NCBI RefSeq assembly: GCF_016433145.1
Contig: NC_058131.1
Span: forward strand, 232,045,076 to 232,109,075
Direction: 5' to 3'
Source of the DNA: Gracilinanus agilis
Taxonomy: Eukaryota
Length of the DNA: 64,000 nucleotides
The translations under genes and the position numbers were made by a program. Shown here one piece after another: positions 1-13,345 of this stretch (its first letter is position 1; every line of letters begins with the position of its first letter). The notes below the pieces were generated by a model. The model saw only the letters and a list, made by a program, of their open reading frames with translations, searched no databases and had not been told where the DNA came from.

Positions 1-971
1 GTAATATATAATCAGCCTTAAATGATAAGCTGGAACCAGGTTGTGAGTATCTTTAAATGCCAACAAAAGAATTTGTGTTTATCCCAGAAGCAATAGGGAG
101 CCACTGAAGCTTCTTGAAGAGGGAAGTAATGTGATGTGGTCAGATTTGTGCTTTATGAATATCAGTTTGGTGACTGGAAGATGGATTCAAGTGGAGAAAG
201 GCTGGATGCAGGGAGACCATTTAGGTTATCCATAGTCCAGGTGAGGTAATGAGGGCCAGAATTAGGGTGATTGTGATATGAGTGGAGAGGAGTTGGCTGT
301 GAGGGAGATAACTATTTTGTATATATTTGGGGTTTGCTTATCTATGTAATAATCTCCCCCCAAAGTGCATATTTCTTGAGGACAGAGACTGTCTCCTTTT
401 TAAGTCTTTGTATCCCCAGACCTTAACCCAATGCTTGGCACATAGTAGGTGCTATATTTTCTGGTCTGGGCTCCCTGAATACCTACCTAGTGGACAAGTA
501 CATTCTGAGTATATGCTCAGAAAGGGCTTATGGGGTTCTCTAACACAACTGCTGAACAGCCATGAATTGATAGCACCTTCACTCAAGACCCTTAAATTCC
601 CATATTGCAGGTGGTGGGGTATTAGACCTGACATAAATGCCTTCTAAATTCAGTGTCTAGGTAGGTAATAGACATAGGTAGAAATGCCAACTATATCTTA
701 CTGCATTCATTCCGGAGTAAAATGTTATCTCACAAGGGTTTTCATAATCAGATTCTAGCTATTTGGTATTAGTCCCTGGAAGAATGAACATGACCATTTC
801 AGTCTCCTGAAAATGGTGATAAATGAAGAAGCTTGGCTGGGGGTAGGAAATGAATGAGGTGCAGAAGCAGAGTTAGGGTATCAAAGCCAATAGCAGAGCA
901 AACAAGGAGTTGTCTCCTTTAGTTGACTTATTAGACACATCTATATATGCAGGTGTAACCACTGAAGAGTA

Positions 972-3900
972 ATGCTGATGGATGCCCTAGGAGTTGGCTG
1001 TGTTACACGAGGAGGGGCCAGCCCGATGGGGGAAACTACTGTGACGGAGTCTCCTAGAAAAGAAGTAACAGACCAAGTTGTCTCTGAGACCCCAACATTT
1101 GGGCCTAAGACAACATGTGATGATAATTCCATAATGATGCCTTCAATCTCTCTTGGACTTGAGGATCCCTCTGATAAACAAAGCCTCTTAGATTCTCATC
1201 CAGAGCAGGAAAACATCTCCAAACCAGAATGGCAAGGTATGGAGCCTGTCCCTCCATTTTCTCAACCCAGGGTAAAAAAGATAACTAAATCTAAGACCTG
1301 GGATATGTTTTTTGTTGTTGTTGTTTTGTTTTTTTTATCCCCTCTTTATATCTCAGGGAAAGTCTATCAGATTGAGGCCTAGGCATGGGTGGAGTGGCTT
1401 TGAGGACTGGCACCTTGCCCATAGCCTCTCCTCTTTTTCTGTAGACGTTCCTTCAGAGACTCCAGAGATCTCAAAGGCAAAGACCCCAAAGACTGGCCGG
1501 AAAAAGGGTGTTCGAATTCGAAGAGGCCCAAAGAAGGGTGGAGTGGGGGCTAAGGGTGGCTGCCCATCTACTTTACCGCAACCCAACCCTCCATCAGGGA
1601 CCCTGGGACATGGTCCCCTAGATCAATCTGGCCCTCCACCTACTACTATCCCTAAGAAGCGGGGTCGAAAGTCAAAAGCTGAGCTGCTGTTGATGAAATT
1701 GTCGAAGGGGCTAGAGCAGCCTGAACCCCCACCTCCACAAAGCCCTCCTGAAGATCCTGAGGCCCAACCAGGAGCACGACCCCGACGTCGAGCTGCTAGA
1801 GTGTGAGAATTGTGGGGCTGAATTGGGGGGGAATGATGGTTATAGTAGCAGTAATTTGCCTGATGTGGGAAGGAATAATAGCTAAAATTTACATAGCATT
1901 TACTATGTGCCAGGCACTCTGCTAAGCACTTTACAATTATTATCTCATTTGAAATAGGCTGTTTCTGAGTAATACCAGAAGACCAAAAAAAGAATTGGGT
2001 AAGCTTCTGAGTTAGAGAGAAGGTCTTAGTCTCTATGAGGATTAAAGGTGGGGGTTTCAGATTAAGATTCCCTTTGTTCAAGTATATGGTTACCCCCTTA
2101 TTGGTTTCTTGTTCTTTAACTGTAGGCTAGGTAGTTCCTTTTCTATAATTTCCACCCTACCTACATTCCACTAATGTTCTCCCATGTCTTGGTCTGGGTG
2201 GGAACACAGTATAGATTCAAGAGATTTTCCCTTGCCCATACCTTTTTTTTAGCTCTTATCCCCATCCCTACTTTTCTCCCTTCTTGTGGCTTCTTTGTTC
2301 CCTTGTGACTTCTCATTCCCTTCTGTGGCCCCTGACCTGATCTTATTCCACAGGGCACTTCTGTACCTTCAGGAACTGGCTGAAGAACTCTCATCAGCAT
2401 TGCCTGCCCCAGTCTCTTGTCCTGAGAACCCTGAAATGGGTGGCCAACCTAAAAGAAGCCAAGGCCGTCGGCGGACAGCCTGGCATGGAGAAGAAGAAGG
2501 AGATGATTCAGCAAGGGATGCTGACTTTGTACTTCAGGCTGAGATTGAAGAAGGGGAAGAAAGTGAAGTACCTAGTGAGAGCTCCTCTGACTTGGATCTT
2601 ACAGCACTTCGAGGGACTGGTCTTCGTGGGTCTGCCTCAGGGGTAACCTAAAAGGGCAATGGGGGATTAGGGCAGCTGTCAGGATGACCAGGGGGCAGCA
2701 GGGTGCCAGAAGGATTAATTTCACAAAAAAAGAGGGGATTGGGAGCAGCTAGATAGTTCAGTGAATTGAGAGCCAGGCATGGAGATGGGAGGTCCTGGGT
2801 TCAAATTTGGCCACAGATACTTGTAGCTGTATGACTCTAAGCAAGACACTTAATCCCCATTGCCTAGCCCTTACCTCTCTTCTGCCTTGGAACCAATACA
2901 CACTATTGATCCTAAGGCAGGAGGTAAGGGTTGTTTTTTTTTTTTGTTGTTGTTGTTTTTAATCAAGTTAAGCAAACAAAGAAGAAGTAACAGGACAGAT
3001 AAATAGGTACCTGTGTGGTTGACAGGCAGGAAGCTGAGTGGACCTAATGGGAAAAGAGGCAACTAGGAAATTGAGGCATATAAAATTTTCTCCTTTCTTT
3101 TATCTTTCAGAAACAGAAACAACAGTGTCGGGGAATGGCTCCCAATGGGCTTCCGAATTCTATCATGGCTCCTGTCTGGAAAAGCCTCAACCTCACCAAG
3201 AGCCTGTGAGACCCTGGGGATGATGGGGAAACAGCAGGTGGTAAAGGGAGTATTTTAGAGTGGAAAGTTAAGAGGTTTAAAATAGAAAATGGATTTTGAG
3301 GAAATAAAGAAGAGCTAACACTTCAGTGAGGCTATAATGATAGTAATGACTGAAGGGGACAACTCTGGACCTTGGTTCTACCCTTTCTTCTCTTGTCCCT
3401 TTAGCCGAGAACAGAACCATTCACATTGGGAATTTCCTGAATGGATCCCTTCAGCCTTGAAGTGGCACTTACTGTCTGAAAGGTAAGCTTGAGTGGTGTC
3501 CTTTAAATTAACCAATTCACAGAGAGAAAATTATAGGAGGGAAATGGGAGTTTGAATCAGTGAGGATATAAGGAGGACTCATTGTTCCCCCTTTGCCCTC
3601 CTCTAGTGAAGCAGCATCCTACTTGCCCCAGGAGCTGAGGTCTCCTCTTTTCTCTGTACAACGGGAAGGCCTTCCTGAGGACAGCACTCTCTATAGAATA
3701 AATAGGTAAGATGGATTAGCTTTAGTGTCATCTGTTTCTTCTACATGCCTGTGGGATAAAGGCAGAAAAAGTAGCAAATAGAAATATGATGATAATTTGC
3801 TATCCTCTTCTTCCCTAGGAAAGGACTAGTTATTCTAGTTCTAATGGTGTGAGTTCTAGGACCACAGTGGTCATAGGTCAGTGATAGCAAACCTTTTAGA

Positions 3901-6900
3901 AATGGAGTGCCAGCCCCCCCAATAGGATGGCATGCCCCTCCCCCCCATCAATGTTGGGTGTGCCCCATCCTTACCCCACACAGGGGAAGGAGGAAGTGTT
4001 CCCATTGGGCTGCTGGGCAGAGGAGTGGGTGAAGCAAGGAATGTTCTCAGTCCTGTAAAGATGGGGAAGAGAATGGCCTGAGAGCTCTGCTCCCCTCCAG
4101 CTCTGCTCCCACTCCAGCTCTGCTGCCTGTGAGCCACCCACCTTACCCCTTGTATGTTTCCATTGGGCTGCTAAGCAAAGGGTCAGGGATGTGAAAAAAT
4201 GTCATCAGGCAAGGTGGAGAAGGGGAGGGGTTCAGCTCTGCCCAAGTTCATCTGCTTTTCTATGACTCTTGGGGAGGGAGGGTGGGAGGAGGAGGTCCAC
4301 TGAGTGCTGATAGTGAGTGCTCTGTGTGCCATCTTTGGCACCTATGCCATAGGTTCACCATCACTGTCATAGTTGCTCCCAAGGTTATGATAAGAGTGGT
4401 GGCTTTCAGGCCAACACAGCAGTTAAGTTTTGTTCTGTGATATGCTTGGAACAAACAAATACTGAGTGCATAAGGCACAAGTTGGTTCAGAAATCTAGGA
4501 ATCAGGCCATATCATCTAAGTCTAGTCTAGGCTTAAGATTCATTATTGATGATAGATTAGAACATGTAAGAACAAGTAAGGTGTTGGATCAATGAATTTA
4601 TTTGCTTTAAGTTTTTATTCTTATGCTTTAAATTATTAGTTTTTATTTAAGTTAATATACATTAAATATAATTTATGAGGAAAGTGTTAGATTTTCCTCA
4701 TTTCATAACTAATAATCCCAGTTCAGGGATCTCATTTTGAATCAAAACTAACATATATCCATCCCTTCCTTAACCCTTTCAATCCAGTTATATCCTACCT
4801 AAAGTCTCAATATTATGTTTTTTTCTGTAGGTTTAGCTCACTGGCACCACATCCAGAGCGATGGGATGTGTCCTTCTTCACAGGGGGACCACTATGGGCA
4901 CTAGAATGGTGCCCAGTACCCGAAGGTGCAGTCGTTTCCCAATATGTGGCACTATTCTGCAGCCCCAGCATGAATGAAACCCATTCCCTGAGCCGGCCTT
5001 ATGAAGGCCCTGGGCTTCTACAGCTCTGGAACCTTGGGACATTGCAGCAAGAAAGCTGGTGAGGTGGGGTTGGGAATCCTGCAAGGGGAGAGCAGACTGG
5101 AGAGGGGATGGAGAATAGTGGGGCTGGGAAAGCTACAAAAAACTGTTATAGGAATGGGGGAAGACACCTTCCTTACAAATCAAGTTTCTGCTTCATTGAA
5201 TGTGATATATTGGCAAGAATACTTTCCATACATTCTCCCTATTTCATCTTCTTCCAGCCCAAGCAGTAAGGCTTACCTTGCCTATGGCATCGCTTGTGAT
5301 CATGGGTGCATCTGGGACCTCAAATTCTGCCCTAGTGGAGGCTGGGAGCTGCCCAGCACTTCTCGAAAGGTGCTTTCTGTATTGTGGAGAAAATGAGGAT
5401 AGAATTTAGACTAGAGGGGAGTTTAGACTCAAGAAGATCCCTGAGAGCTCCTGGAGTTGGGTAGTAGTGGGTGGTAAAAGTGAAAGAAAGATAGTTTGAG
5501 AGAATTGGGATATCTGGATTCTATGGGAGGCAAACTAAGAAATTTTCTAAGAGGAAAATAAAATCAGGGATGATTAAAGTAGGAGTCTGAAGATTTGGCT
5601 CTTGCCCTAACCTTATCCAATAGGCTCCTTTCCTGCCACGGCTGGGTCTCCTGGCTCTGGCCTGTTCAGATGGAAAAGTACTACTGCTTAGTCTGCCCCA
5701 CCCTGAGGAACTTCTGGCCCTACAGCCTCAAGGTAAGGGGGACAATAAGGATTCCAAGCCCCTTGGGGGAGGTATCAGTCAAAGCACAGGGAAACCATGG
5801 ATCTTGGTAAGGGTTCACTTACCTGCAGTATTCTTTATACAATTCTGTCTAGCCACATACACTAATTCTCTTCTACTCTTTTAGAAACTGGCTGCACAGT
5901 ATAATTGTAATACACTATCTTACTTTCACATTTTTTTCTCCTCTCACTTTTGTGGTTAATCAATTGTGTAAATTGTGTACTGGGGTTAGATGGCCTCAGT
6001 CAGGAAGACCTGGATTCATGTCCTGCCTCTATCATACACTGGCTATGTGACCCTGGTCAAATCACTTTTGACCACTAGCCCCTCTAGTGCTGTTCCACTA
6101 TCACTGGTCCACTAGCTCAAACTAAAATAGCAGAACAGTTGTCAGTCTGGTGGAAAGAGCCCTCAATTAAGGGAAATCATGAGTTTGGACAAAAAAAAAT
6201 CTTCTAGGCTTGCTACTGACAAATGGGGAGAATCGGGCTTCTGTCCCACATTTCCTGTAATTTTCCCCCCTTCCTCTCAAATCCTGTGTCCCTTCTTCCC
6301 ATTGTTTTCCTCCTGCTTTGCCATTTTACCTTCCCATCAGAGGAGAGGAAGGTAGAGGGAAGAAGAGCTAAAGCAGCTGTAAAGAAATAAGAAATTAAAA
6401 ATAGGAAACCATAGGCTATAGAGGACTCCAAGAAGGCCTGTGTCTCCCATTCCTTACCATGTCATCTCTCTTTCCTCACAGATGCTCTCAAACCAGCCAT
6501 CTATAAGGTGAGTATAGGAATCTGTTTCTCTTTAGTTGAGACTCTACCTAACCTCTAACTTTCCTTCAAGTTGCCTTCATGCCAGCTGCTGCCAATTTTT
6601 TGGATATTACCTCCTGACTAAAGTATGCCCTGAGTCTTTTCCAAAATAGATGTTACTAAGTTTCACTTTTCTTTAACCATACAGGTTCAGTGCATAGCCT
6701 CTCTTCAGGTGGGCTCAGTACAAGCAGGAGAACCCTCTGAGTGTGGCCAGTGTTTCAGCCTTGCCTGGATGCCAACTCGTCCCCATCAGCATCTGGCAGC
6801 TGGGTTCTATGATGGTGAGTGGACATAGAAACAACTTGTAAAAAATTTTTATTTTCATATCTGCATTTTCTTACTTGCACTCCCTTCCTCCCCACCCCCC

Positions 6901-9900
6901 AAAAAGGAAAAAAAAGTATTCCAAAAACTGTTTCATCTGTACACTAAGTCCATCACCTCTTCTAGGGGGTGGGAAGAATGTTTCATCTTGAGTCCTTTGG
7001 TTGTTGGGTTGATCAAAGTTGTCTTTACAATAATGGTGTTATGGTATAAATTGTTCTCTTGCTTCTACTCCCTTCATCTGTGTCTTCCCAGATTTATTTG
7101 AAAGCATCCCCTTTATAATTTCTTATCACACAATAGTTTCCAATTCACTGACATTACAAAAAAGTTGCTATGACCATTTTTGTACATATGGGTCCTTTTC
7201 CTCTTTCTTTGATCTCTTTGGGTCATAAACTTAATAATAATATCACTGGGTCAAAGGATATATGCAGTTTAATAGTTTTGGGGTCATTTCAAAACTTTTT
7301 TTCCAGAATAGCTAGACCATTTCATAGCTCCATCAGCAGTGCATTAATGTACCTATTTTCCCAGTCTTTAGCATTTGTCAATTTCCTTTTTTGCCAACTT
7401 TGCCCATCTAGTGGGTAAGGTGAAACCTTAGAGTAGAACGTTGTTTTTTTGAGGATGGAGGTGGAGAGGCTGAATTGATTGTAGCTGTAGTGGGTGGCTC
7501 AAGTGTGGCTACTCAGGATGTCTCACTTATTCCCACAGGATGGGAGGCAATAGTGAGAGATGGGGCCCTGGCCTGTTGGGTTCATAACTAGTACCTGTCT
7601 CTACTTTAGGCACGATAGCAATCTGGAACCTACCCACTACATCACTGTTGCAGCGTGTTCGACTTCCAGATGGCTCTTTGAAACTCTATCCCTTTCACTG
7701 CCTCTCAGCCCATGACCAGGCCGTGCGCTGCCTTCAGTGGTGCAAAGCTAATAGGTACAGAACAGAGGGATCAGAGGAAATGGAAGATGAAGGATGGGAC
7801 TGGTCAACATTTAGAGGATCTGTTGAGTAATGTGCTGTTCTTCCATCTTTTCCTAGTAACTTTATAGTCTCTGCTGGAAGTGACCGGAAAATCAAATTCT
7901 GGGATTTAAGGCGACCTTACGAGCCTATCAACTGTATCAAACGCTTCTTAAGCACAGAGCTGGCGTGGCTGCTCCCTTACAGTGGAGTTACTGTGGCTCA
8001 GGACAACTGTTATGCCTCGTATGTAGGGCAGGGAAAAAGGAAGGAGTTGGGAATAGAGGGGCAGGTTCAGTGGGTGTGGGTGGTTGAGGTTGCTAAGGGT
8101 GTTGGGTGTTTTTGCCTGATGTGAGTGGGATTCTGAGGGCTGAATTTGGTCTCAAGCTATGTAAGGATTGACACCCTTCTCTCTCTCAAAGCTATGGGCT
8201 TTGTGGGATTCACTACATCGATGCTGGTTTCCTTGGTTTCAAGGCTTATTTCACTGCCCCTAGAAAAGGCACTGTCTGGGTGAGTCTTTCCTTACCCTTT
8301 AATCCTCTTAGGTGGGGGTTCTTAACCTGGTGTCCATGACCCTGCTTTTTAGGATATTTTTATTGTATTTTAATTGATTTTCTTTATAATATTGTGTATT
8401 TTATACATTTTAAAACATTATTCTGAATAGATTTTACTAAACTGAAAAAAGGGATCTATCTAAAAAAAAAGGTTAAGAACTCTTGCTTTCAAAGAACTCA
8501 TTTTATTGCTATACAGAGCAAGGAAAGGGACAAGCAGCTATCTGCGAAAGGGAGAAAGGAGTATGTTGTGTATAGAACACTCATAGCACTGTCAAACAGG
8601 AAGATGGTTAGGACTCTGACAAATACCCCTGTCTGATTGTAGAGTCTGTCAGGGTCAGACTGGCTTGGGGCAGTGGCTGCTGGGGACATGTCAGGGGAAC
8701 TCATCGCTGCTGTGCTACCCGACATGGCCCTCAACCCGATGAATGTCAAACGTCCAGCTGAGCGCCGATTTGTGAGTATCTTAGTTAGCATCTGATGGAA
8801 ACACCATCCACTGGTTCCCCCTAGCCCAATCTGCCCTTCTAGTCTGGCTGAATAGAAATTAATGTAGGCGTTCTTCCAGCTAGAGTTGTTCAGTGGAAAG
8901 AGCATTGGATTGTTGGTTGAGAGCCCTAGATGAATACCTCTCTGTCTTTGGGCAAATCATTTACCTGCAGCATGATGCAGTAGGAATGAACTGAATTGGG
9001 AGGTTTGAATCCCAGCTCTTACTACCAACTGTTTGGTGTGGCTTTGGGCAAATTACATGATTATGACCTAAATTTATTTCTTTCTCCCATAACTTGCCTT
9101 TCCTGCCCTAACCTCAAAGGGCCATGAATCTTATTAGAGCTATAGTTTCTCTCATCCTATCTCTAATGTTTTGGGACTCCAATCCTATGACCTCTCCCTA
9201 TAGCCCATATACAAGGCAGATTTACTGCCTTATTGGGAAGGATCTGAAGACCAAGATCATCATGCTGCCTCACCTTTGGTTCCTGGTCCTCCTAAGGCCA
9301 GAACTTATGCTGAAACAGTCGAACATCACTACCTACTCTTCAGAGACACAGACCTGGTAAGCTGGGTCCAGAGGGTAGCCAAAGAATTGGGTAGAAGAGG
9401 GAGTAATAGTTTCTGTGGTATAGGTCCTTAGTACACAGGCAGTATAATATACTAAGTCTTAACACTGCTTAATTACAGCGTGGATTCCAAGATTTGCTTC
9501 AGAGGGGACCAGTACTTCGAATGCAAGAAGGAGAGGGACGCTCTCAACTCTGTCTTGACAGGCTACAGCTAGAGGCCGTACACAAGGTATGCTCATAGGA
9601 TCAACAGTTTAGAGATAGAAGGGAATTTAGAGATCATTTAGTCCAAACTCATTTTATGGATGAGAAAACAAACAGGCTCAGAGGGGATTCACCTTCCCCC
9701 ACATCACACACTTATTTTCTCTGTCTCTTTCACTCACTCACATGTATACTCTTCTATACAACTTTGGGGGTCAGTATCAGGAACAGGTTAAGTGTTTAAA
9801 TAAGTTATTCTTTCCAGATTCTTTTGCCCATAATGGTCTGTTCTCTACTAATTCACTTCTGAGTATCTCTAGAGCATGAATCCTTTGTATGTCTCTCTCT

Positions 9901-10128
9901 CACACACAGGTTCGTTTCAGCCCAAACTTGGACTCTTATGGTTGGTTGGTTTCTGGGGGCCAATCAGGACTGGTGAGAGTACATTGTGTTCGTGGCCTTA
10001 CCTCCCCCTTGGGCCACCGGATTCAGCTTGAAAGCAGAGCCCACTTCAGCGCCATGTTCCAGCCACCTTCCCCACCTCAGGGGCCCAGTTTTCCTCCAAC
10101 CAACTTCCGCCTGCTGTCTGACCCATAG
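972..10128 (+). CDS. GTF3C2: General transcription factor IIIC subunit 2 (TFIIIC110/beta), WD40 protein, ~928-930 aa; 18 coding exons
   Basis: Exons: 972/978-1236, 1445-1802, 2354-2642, 3111-3205, 3405-3482, 3607-3705, 4831-5058, 5258-5369, 5624-5732, 6482-6507, 6685-6814, 7610-7754, 7857-8018, 8192-8279, 8643-8771, 9204-9356, 9479-9586, 9910-10128 (TAG). All introns are GT-AG and phases join into one frame (2787 nt from ATG 978). Peptides [72 protein letters not shown] and [23 protein letters not shown] match recalled human GTF3C2. Acceptor at 951-952 implies a non-coding first exon upstream of the window. Confidence 0.97.
2741..2960 (+). mobile_element. Marsupial SINE
   Basis: Same tRNA-like head, core and CCCTTACC...GGTAAGGG tail as the other copies. 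Confidence 0.75.
6835..7440 (-). mobile_element. L1 3' end fragment in a GTF3C2 intron
   Basis: Antisense marsupial L1 3'UTR/ORF2-end-like sequence. Confidence 0.5.
8313..8485. mobile_element. Old hAT-like MITE in a GTF3C2 intron
   Basis: Degenerate TIRs TGGGGGTTCTTAACC / GGTTAAGAACTCTTG around an AT-rich interior; TSD no longer recognisable. Confidence 0.5.
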
Positions 10129-10490
10129 TTTATTGAACACGCAGCCCTGGGGATTCAGGTTTCCTTGGTCCTGATGCTACATAGTAGCCATATGACATTT
10201 CCACCTCTGAATCAAGCAAAATGGAAACTTCCCAAAATTGAAAACCTGCCCAAGTCTTACAACTTCAGAATGATACAGTAGAATTTGTCGTCCGAGGACC
10301 TAGGGATGAATCCTGGTTCAGCCAGTTATGATGTATTTGACCTTGAGCAAGGACCTCAGTTTTTTTATCCATAAAATGAAGAAGTTGGACTAGACCTCGG
10401 AGGTTCCTTCCAGCTATAAATCTACCATCCTGTTAAGCTATAAGGACTACATTCCCAGGACTCTGGACTGAACCTGTTCTCTTGTAATCA

Positions 10491-10514
10491 CTTCCCCCTG
10501 CTGGCAGGGGGCGT
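10491..10514. promoter_or_regulatory. Overlapping back-to-back CTCF-like motifs
   Basis: CTTCCCCCTGCTGGCAGGGGGCGT: CCAGCAGGGGGA on the minus strand and CTGGCAGGGGGCG on the plus strand, each one mismatch from CCASYAGRKGGC. Confidence 0.4.
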
Positions 10515-11689
10515 CCAGACATGAACTCTATAGTCTCCTCAGCAAATAAGACAGAAGCAACCCTGTGCCAGACATAGGGTTGGAGGTCAAGCTGCTCATA
10601 TTGAGCCTGTTGTACTTGTAGGCAGAACTTAGTAAAGGTGCTGAGTGTTTTTGACACACGTGTACTTGTGGTTTGGGAAGAAAGGGGTAGAGCAGCTATA
10701 GTAAGACTTTGCCAAGGGTCCTTCACATCTGGACCTGCACCCAGAGCTATGAGGAATGCAGTTCCAACATTTTATTGGAATGAAGCTTCTATGATGGCAA
10801 ATCAACAGGATAACCACATTGATGTTTCAGACTCACAGAGACCAAAACATCGCCACACATACTTCAGCTATACAGTGTGGACTGTGGGATCCCCCAGATT
10901 ACAGAGGGTTATGTAGAGATGAGGATGTCCACCTTTGGAAGTACCAACACCCATGATCACAATTGTAGTCATAGCACAGAAACAAATGACCCAAGTGACA
11001 ACAAAATGACTACAGTTTCCTTAGGGAGAAGGAGTAATATTGATTGATCTGGGTCTGTTCTTTTCAACCATATGTCGGCATCTTTGGCTGGTTTTTCCTC
11101 TGCTCCCTTGCCACCACTTTAGTGGTGCTGAAAAAGAATTAAGAGAGTGGCAGGAGAAGAGAGTTTAAGGTTCTCATGCCATAAGAAAGTGCCATCACTT
11201 AAATGGGGACTAATGTCTTGTGAAAACATCCATGGGGGCTTCTCTTTGCATGGGTTTTCTAATCAGTCCTTTCCAATACCCAGATTCCCAGAAAATTAAC
11301 CTCTACCTTAATGTTCCTCTCAGATGGATTTAGAACCTGAGGACCATTGTCCCTTCTCTCTCCCTTTGCTGAAGGAAAGATAAAATTTTCATTATCAATA
11401 ATCTACTTTCTCTGAAAGACTTAAGAACTCTATAATCAAGTTATTGACTAATCATGACTTCAGAAAAAATGATTTCATGCTTTCCACTTCTTGGCAGAGG
11501 TGCATAACGAAAAATACATTTTCAGATAGGGCTTATGTATGAAGTTTTTGGTTCACAATATTTATTTGTTAAAAAGGAAGGCTACTACTGTGGGTGATAG
11601 GTTGGTAGGTATAGTAGTGATGGGGAAAAAAAAACAGTACAAAAAGAAATCTGCTATGGCTTCCCAAAGTCATCCTCCTTGCTCAAGAA

Positions 11690-12850
11690 ATTTAGTATCT
11701 GACTCACCATTTTTCTCTACTCCATCTTCTACACTAATACTAGAAGATATCAACATCTATATTGCATATTGCCCTCCCCATCCAACACCATAATCACGAA
11801 AATCCCATTACCTCCTTCACCTCAGCCACATATAGTAATGATCAATCACACCCTGAACCTTGCCATCCCACAAGTGTTCAACTAAAAGCAAAAATGAGCA
11901 TTTCTTTGACCATTACCTATCATTCCTTGTATGCCTGCCTATACCTTCTAATTGTTCATCCTTATGATCTCCAATCCTTCCCTCTCTCCCTATCTTCTCA
12001 GGCTGTTATCCCTATTTTGACCTCTCCTTTTCTAATCTTGACCCAATATAACCATTTCAGTTCCATACTGTTCTCTACTTTCTTAGTTCCTTGCTCCCCT
12101 GGTCCTATTTTTTCATGTTTTGTCAAATCCAAATCTTGGATTGGTTCCATTATTGTCTCTGCTGCCCCTAATTTATTATCCCACTTCCCAGAGTTCCCCT
12201 TTTTTCTCTCCTCAAACTTCTCACACTTTTCTCATCTGCTGCTCTTTAGTTAAAGGCTTCAATTTTTTTAAAGAAAAAAAATTCCATTTGCTGTGAACTC
12301 TTCTCTTCCCTTCATCTCAAAATTTCATCCATCAACCCCCAACAATTTTCTTTAGTCTGATAATGAAGTGGTTCTTCTCAGTGCCAGCCCTTCTGTATGT
12401 ACTTGATCCCAGAATTTCATTTAATCCATCAAACTGCCCCTTCAATCATCCCCTCTGTTTAATCTTTCCTTATCCACTGGATTCTTCCTCCCACCAACAA
12501 AATACCCATGTCTCATCTTAAAAAAACCTTTATTAGACTAATCTCAGATTGTCATGTTAAATATCTCTCTTGCCTTTTCAGCCAAACTATTCTCAGTTGC
12601 TTCCATCTCTCAAGTCTCATGCAACCTGATTTTTGACATCATTTATTTAAAACTACTCTTTTCAAAGACACTAAAGCTGCCTTAAATGCCAATTTTAATG
12701 GCCTTTTCTCAATCCTCATCCTGTATCTATCTCTAGATGTTTGACACTGTTAACTCTTCTCCGAGGTACTCACTTCTTTGGGTTTTTGATACTACTTTCT
12801 CCTTGTCCTGTCTGACTACTCAGACTCCTTCAATGATTCATTGTTGATAA
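11690..12850 (+). mobile_element. Ancient L2 fragments between GTF3C2 and MPV17
   Basis: C/T-rich decayed L2 ORF2-like sequence. Confidence 0.5.
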
Positions 12851-13129
12851 TGTCCTGGATTGTGGTGTTTGATGGCAGCTTACCCACAGGAATAGAAAAG
12901 AAAATTTGGGGGGAGGGGTCTTCACTTTCACTTATCATCTGAGCACCTCTGATTCTTGAGAGATTGGTATGTAACCAGTTCTAGGGATCTATTGTATTGG
13001 CTACAATAATAAGGCATCTGGGAAACTTGTTGCAGAGACCAGGGTAGCAGTAACAATGTTACCTCCCACAAAAACCATTCCTCTTCAGTCTTCCTCATGA
13101 TCTCTTATAAATCTTTTGAAAGGGAAGCT

Positions 13130-13345
13130 TTTTATTGTTCAGTTGTAGCTGACTCTTCATGAACCTGTTTGAAGTTTTTTTGGCAAAGCAACTGAAGTAG
13201 TTTGCCATTTCCTTCTCCAGCTCATTTTACAGATGAGGAAACTGAGACAAACGGGGTTTAAATGATTTGCCCAGGGTCACACAGCTACTAAGTGTCTGAG
13301 GCCAGATTTGAATTCAGGAAGATGAGTCTTCCTGATGGCCAGGCC
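13130..13345 (-). mobile_element. MAR1-like CORE-SINE
   Basis: GGCAAAG..ACTG.AGT.GTTTGCCATTTCCTTCTCCAGCTCATTTTACAGATGAGGAAACTGAG signature. Confidence 0.6.

Noticed and set aside
10129-10134. Minus-strand AATAAA next to the GTF3C2 stop (another at 10771-10776) as the end of an antisense gene
   Set aside because: No supporting exon structure; single hexamers are frequent.
11762-12253. 163-aa hydrophobic ORF
   Set aside because: Lies in C/T-rich decayed L2 sequence, has a TTG start and no recognisable domain.
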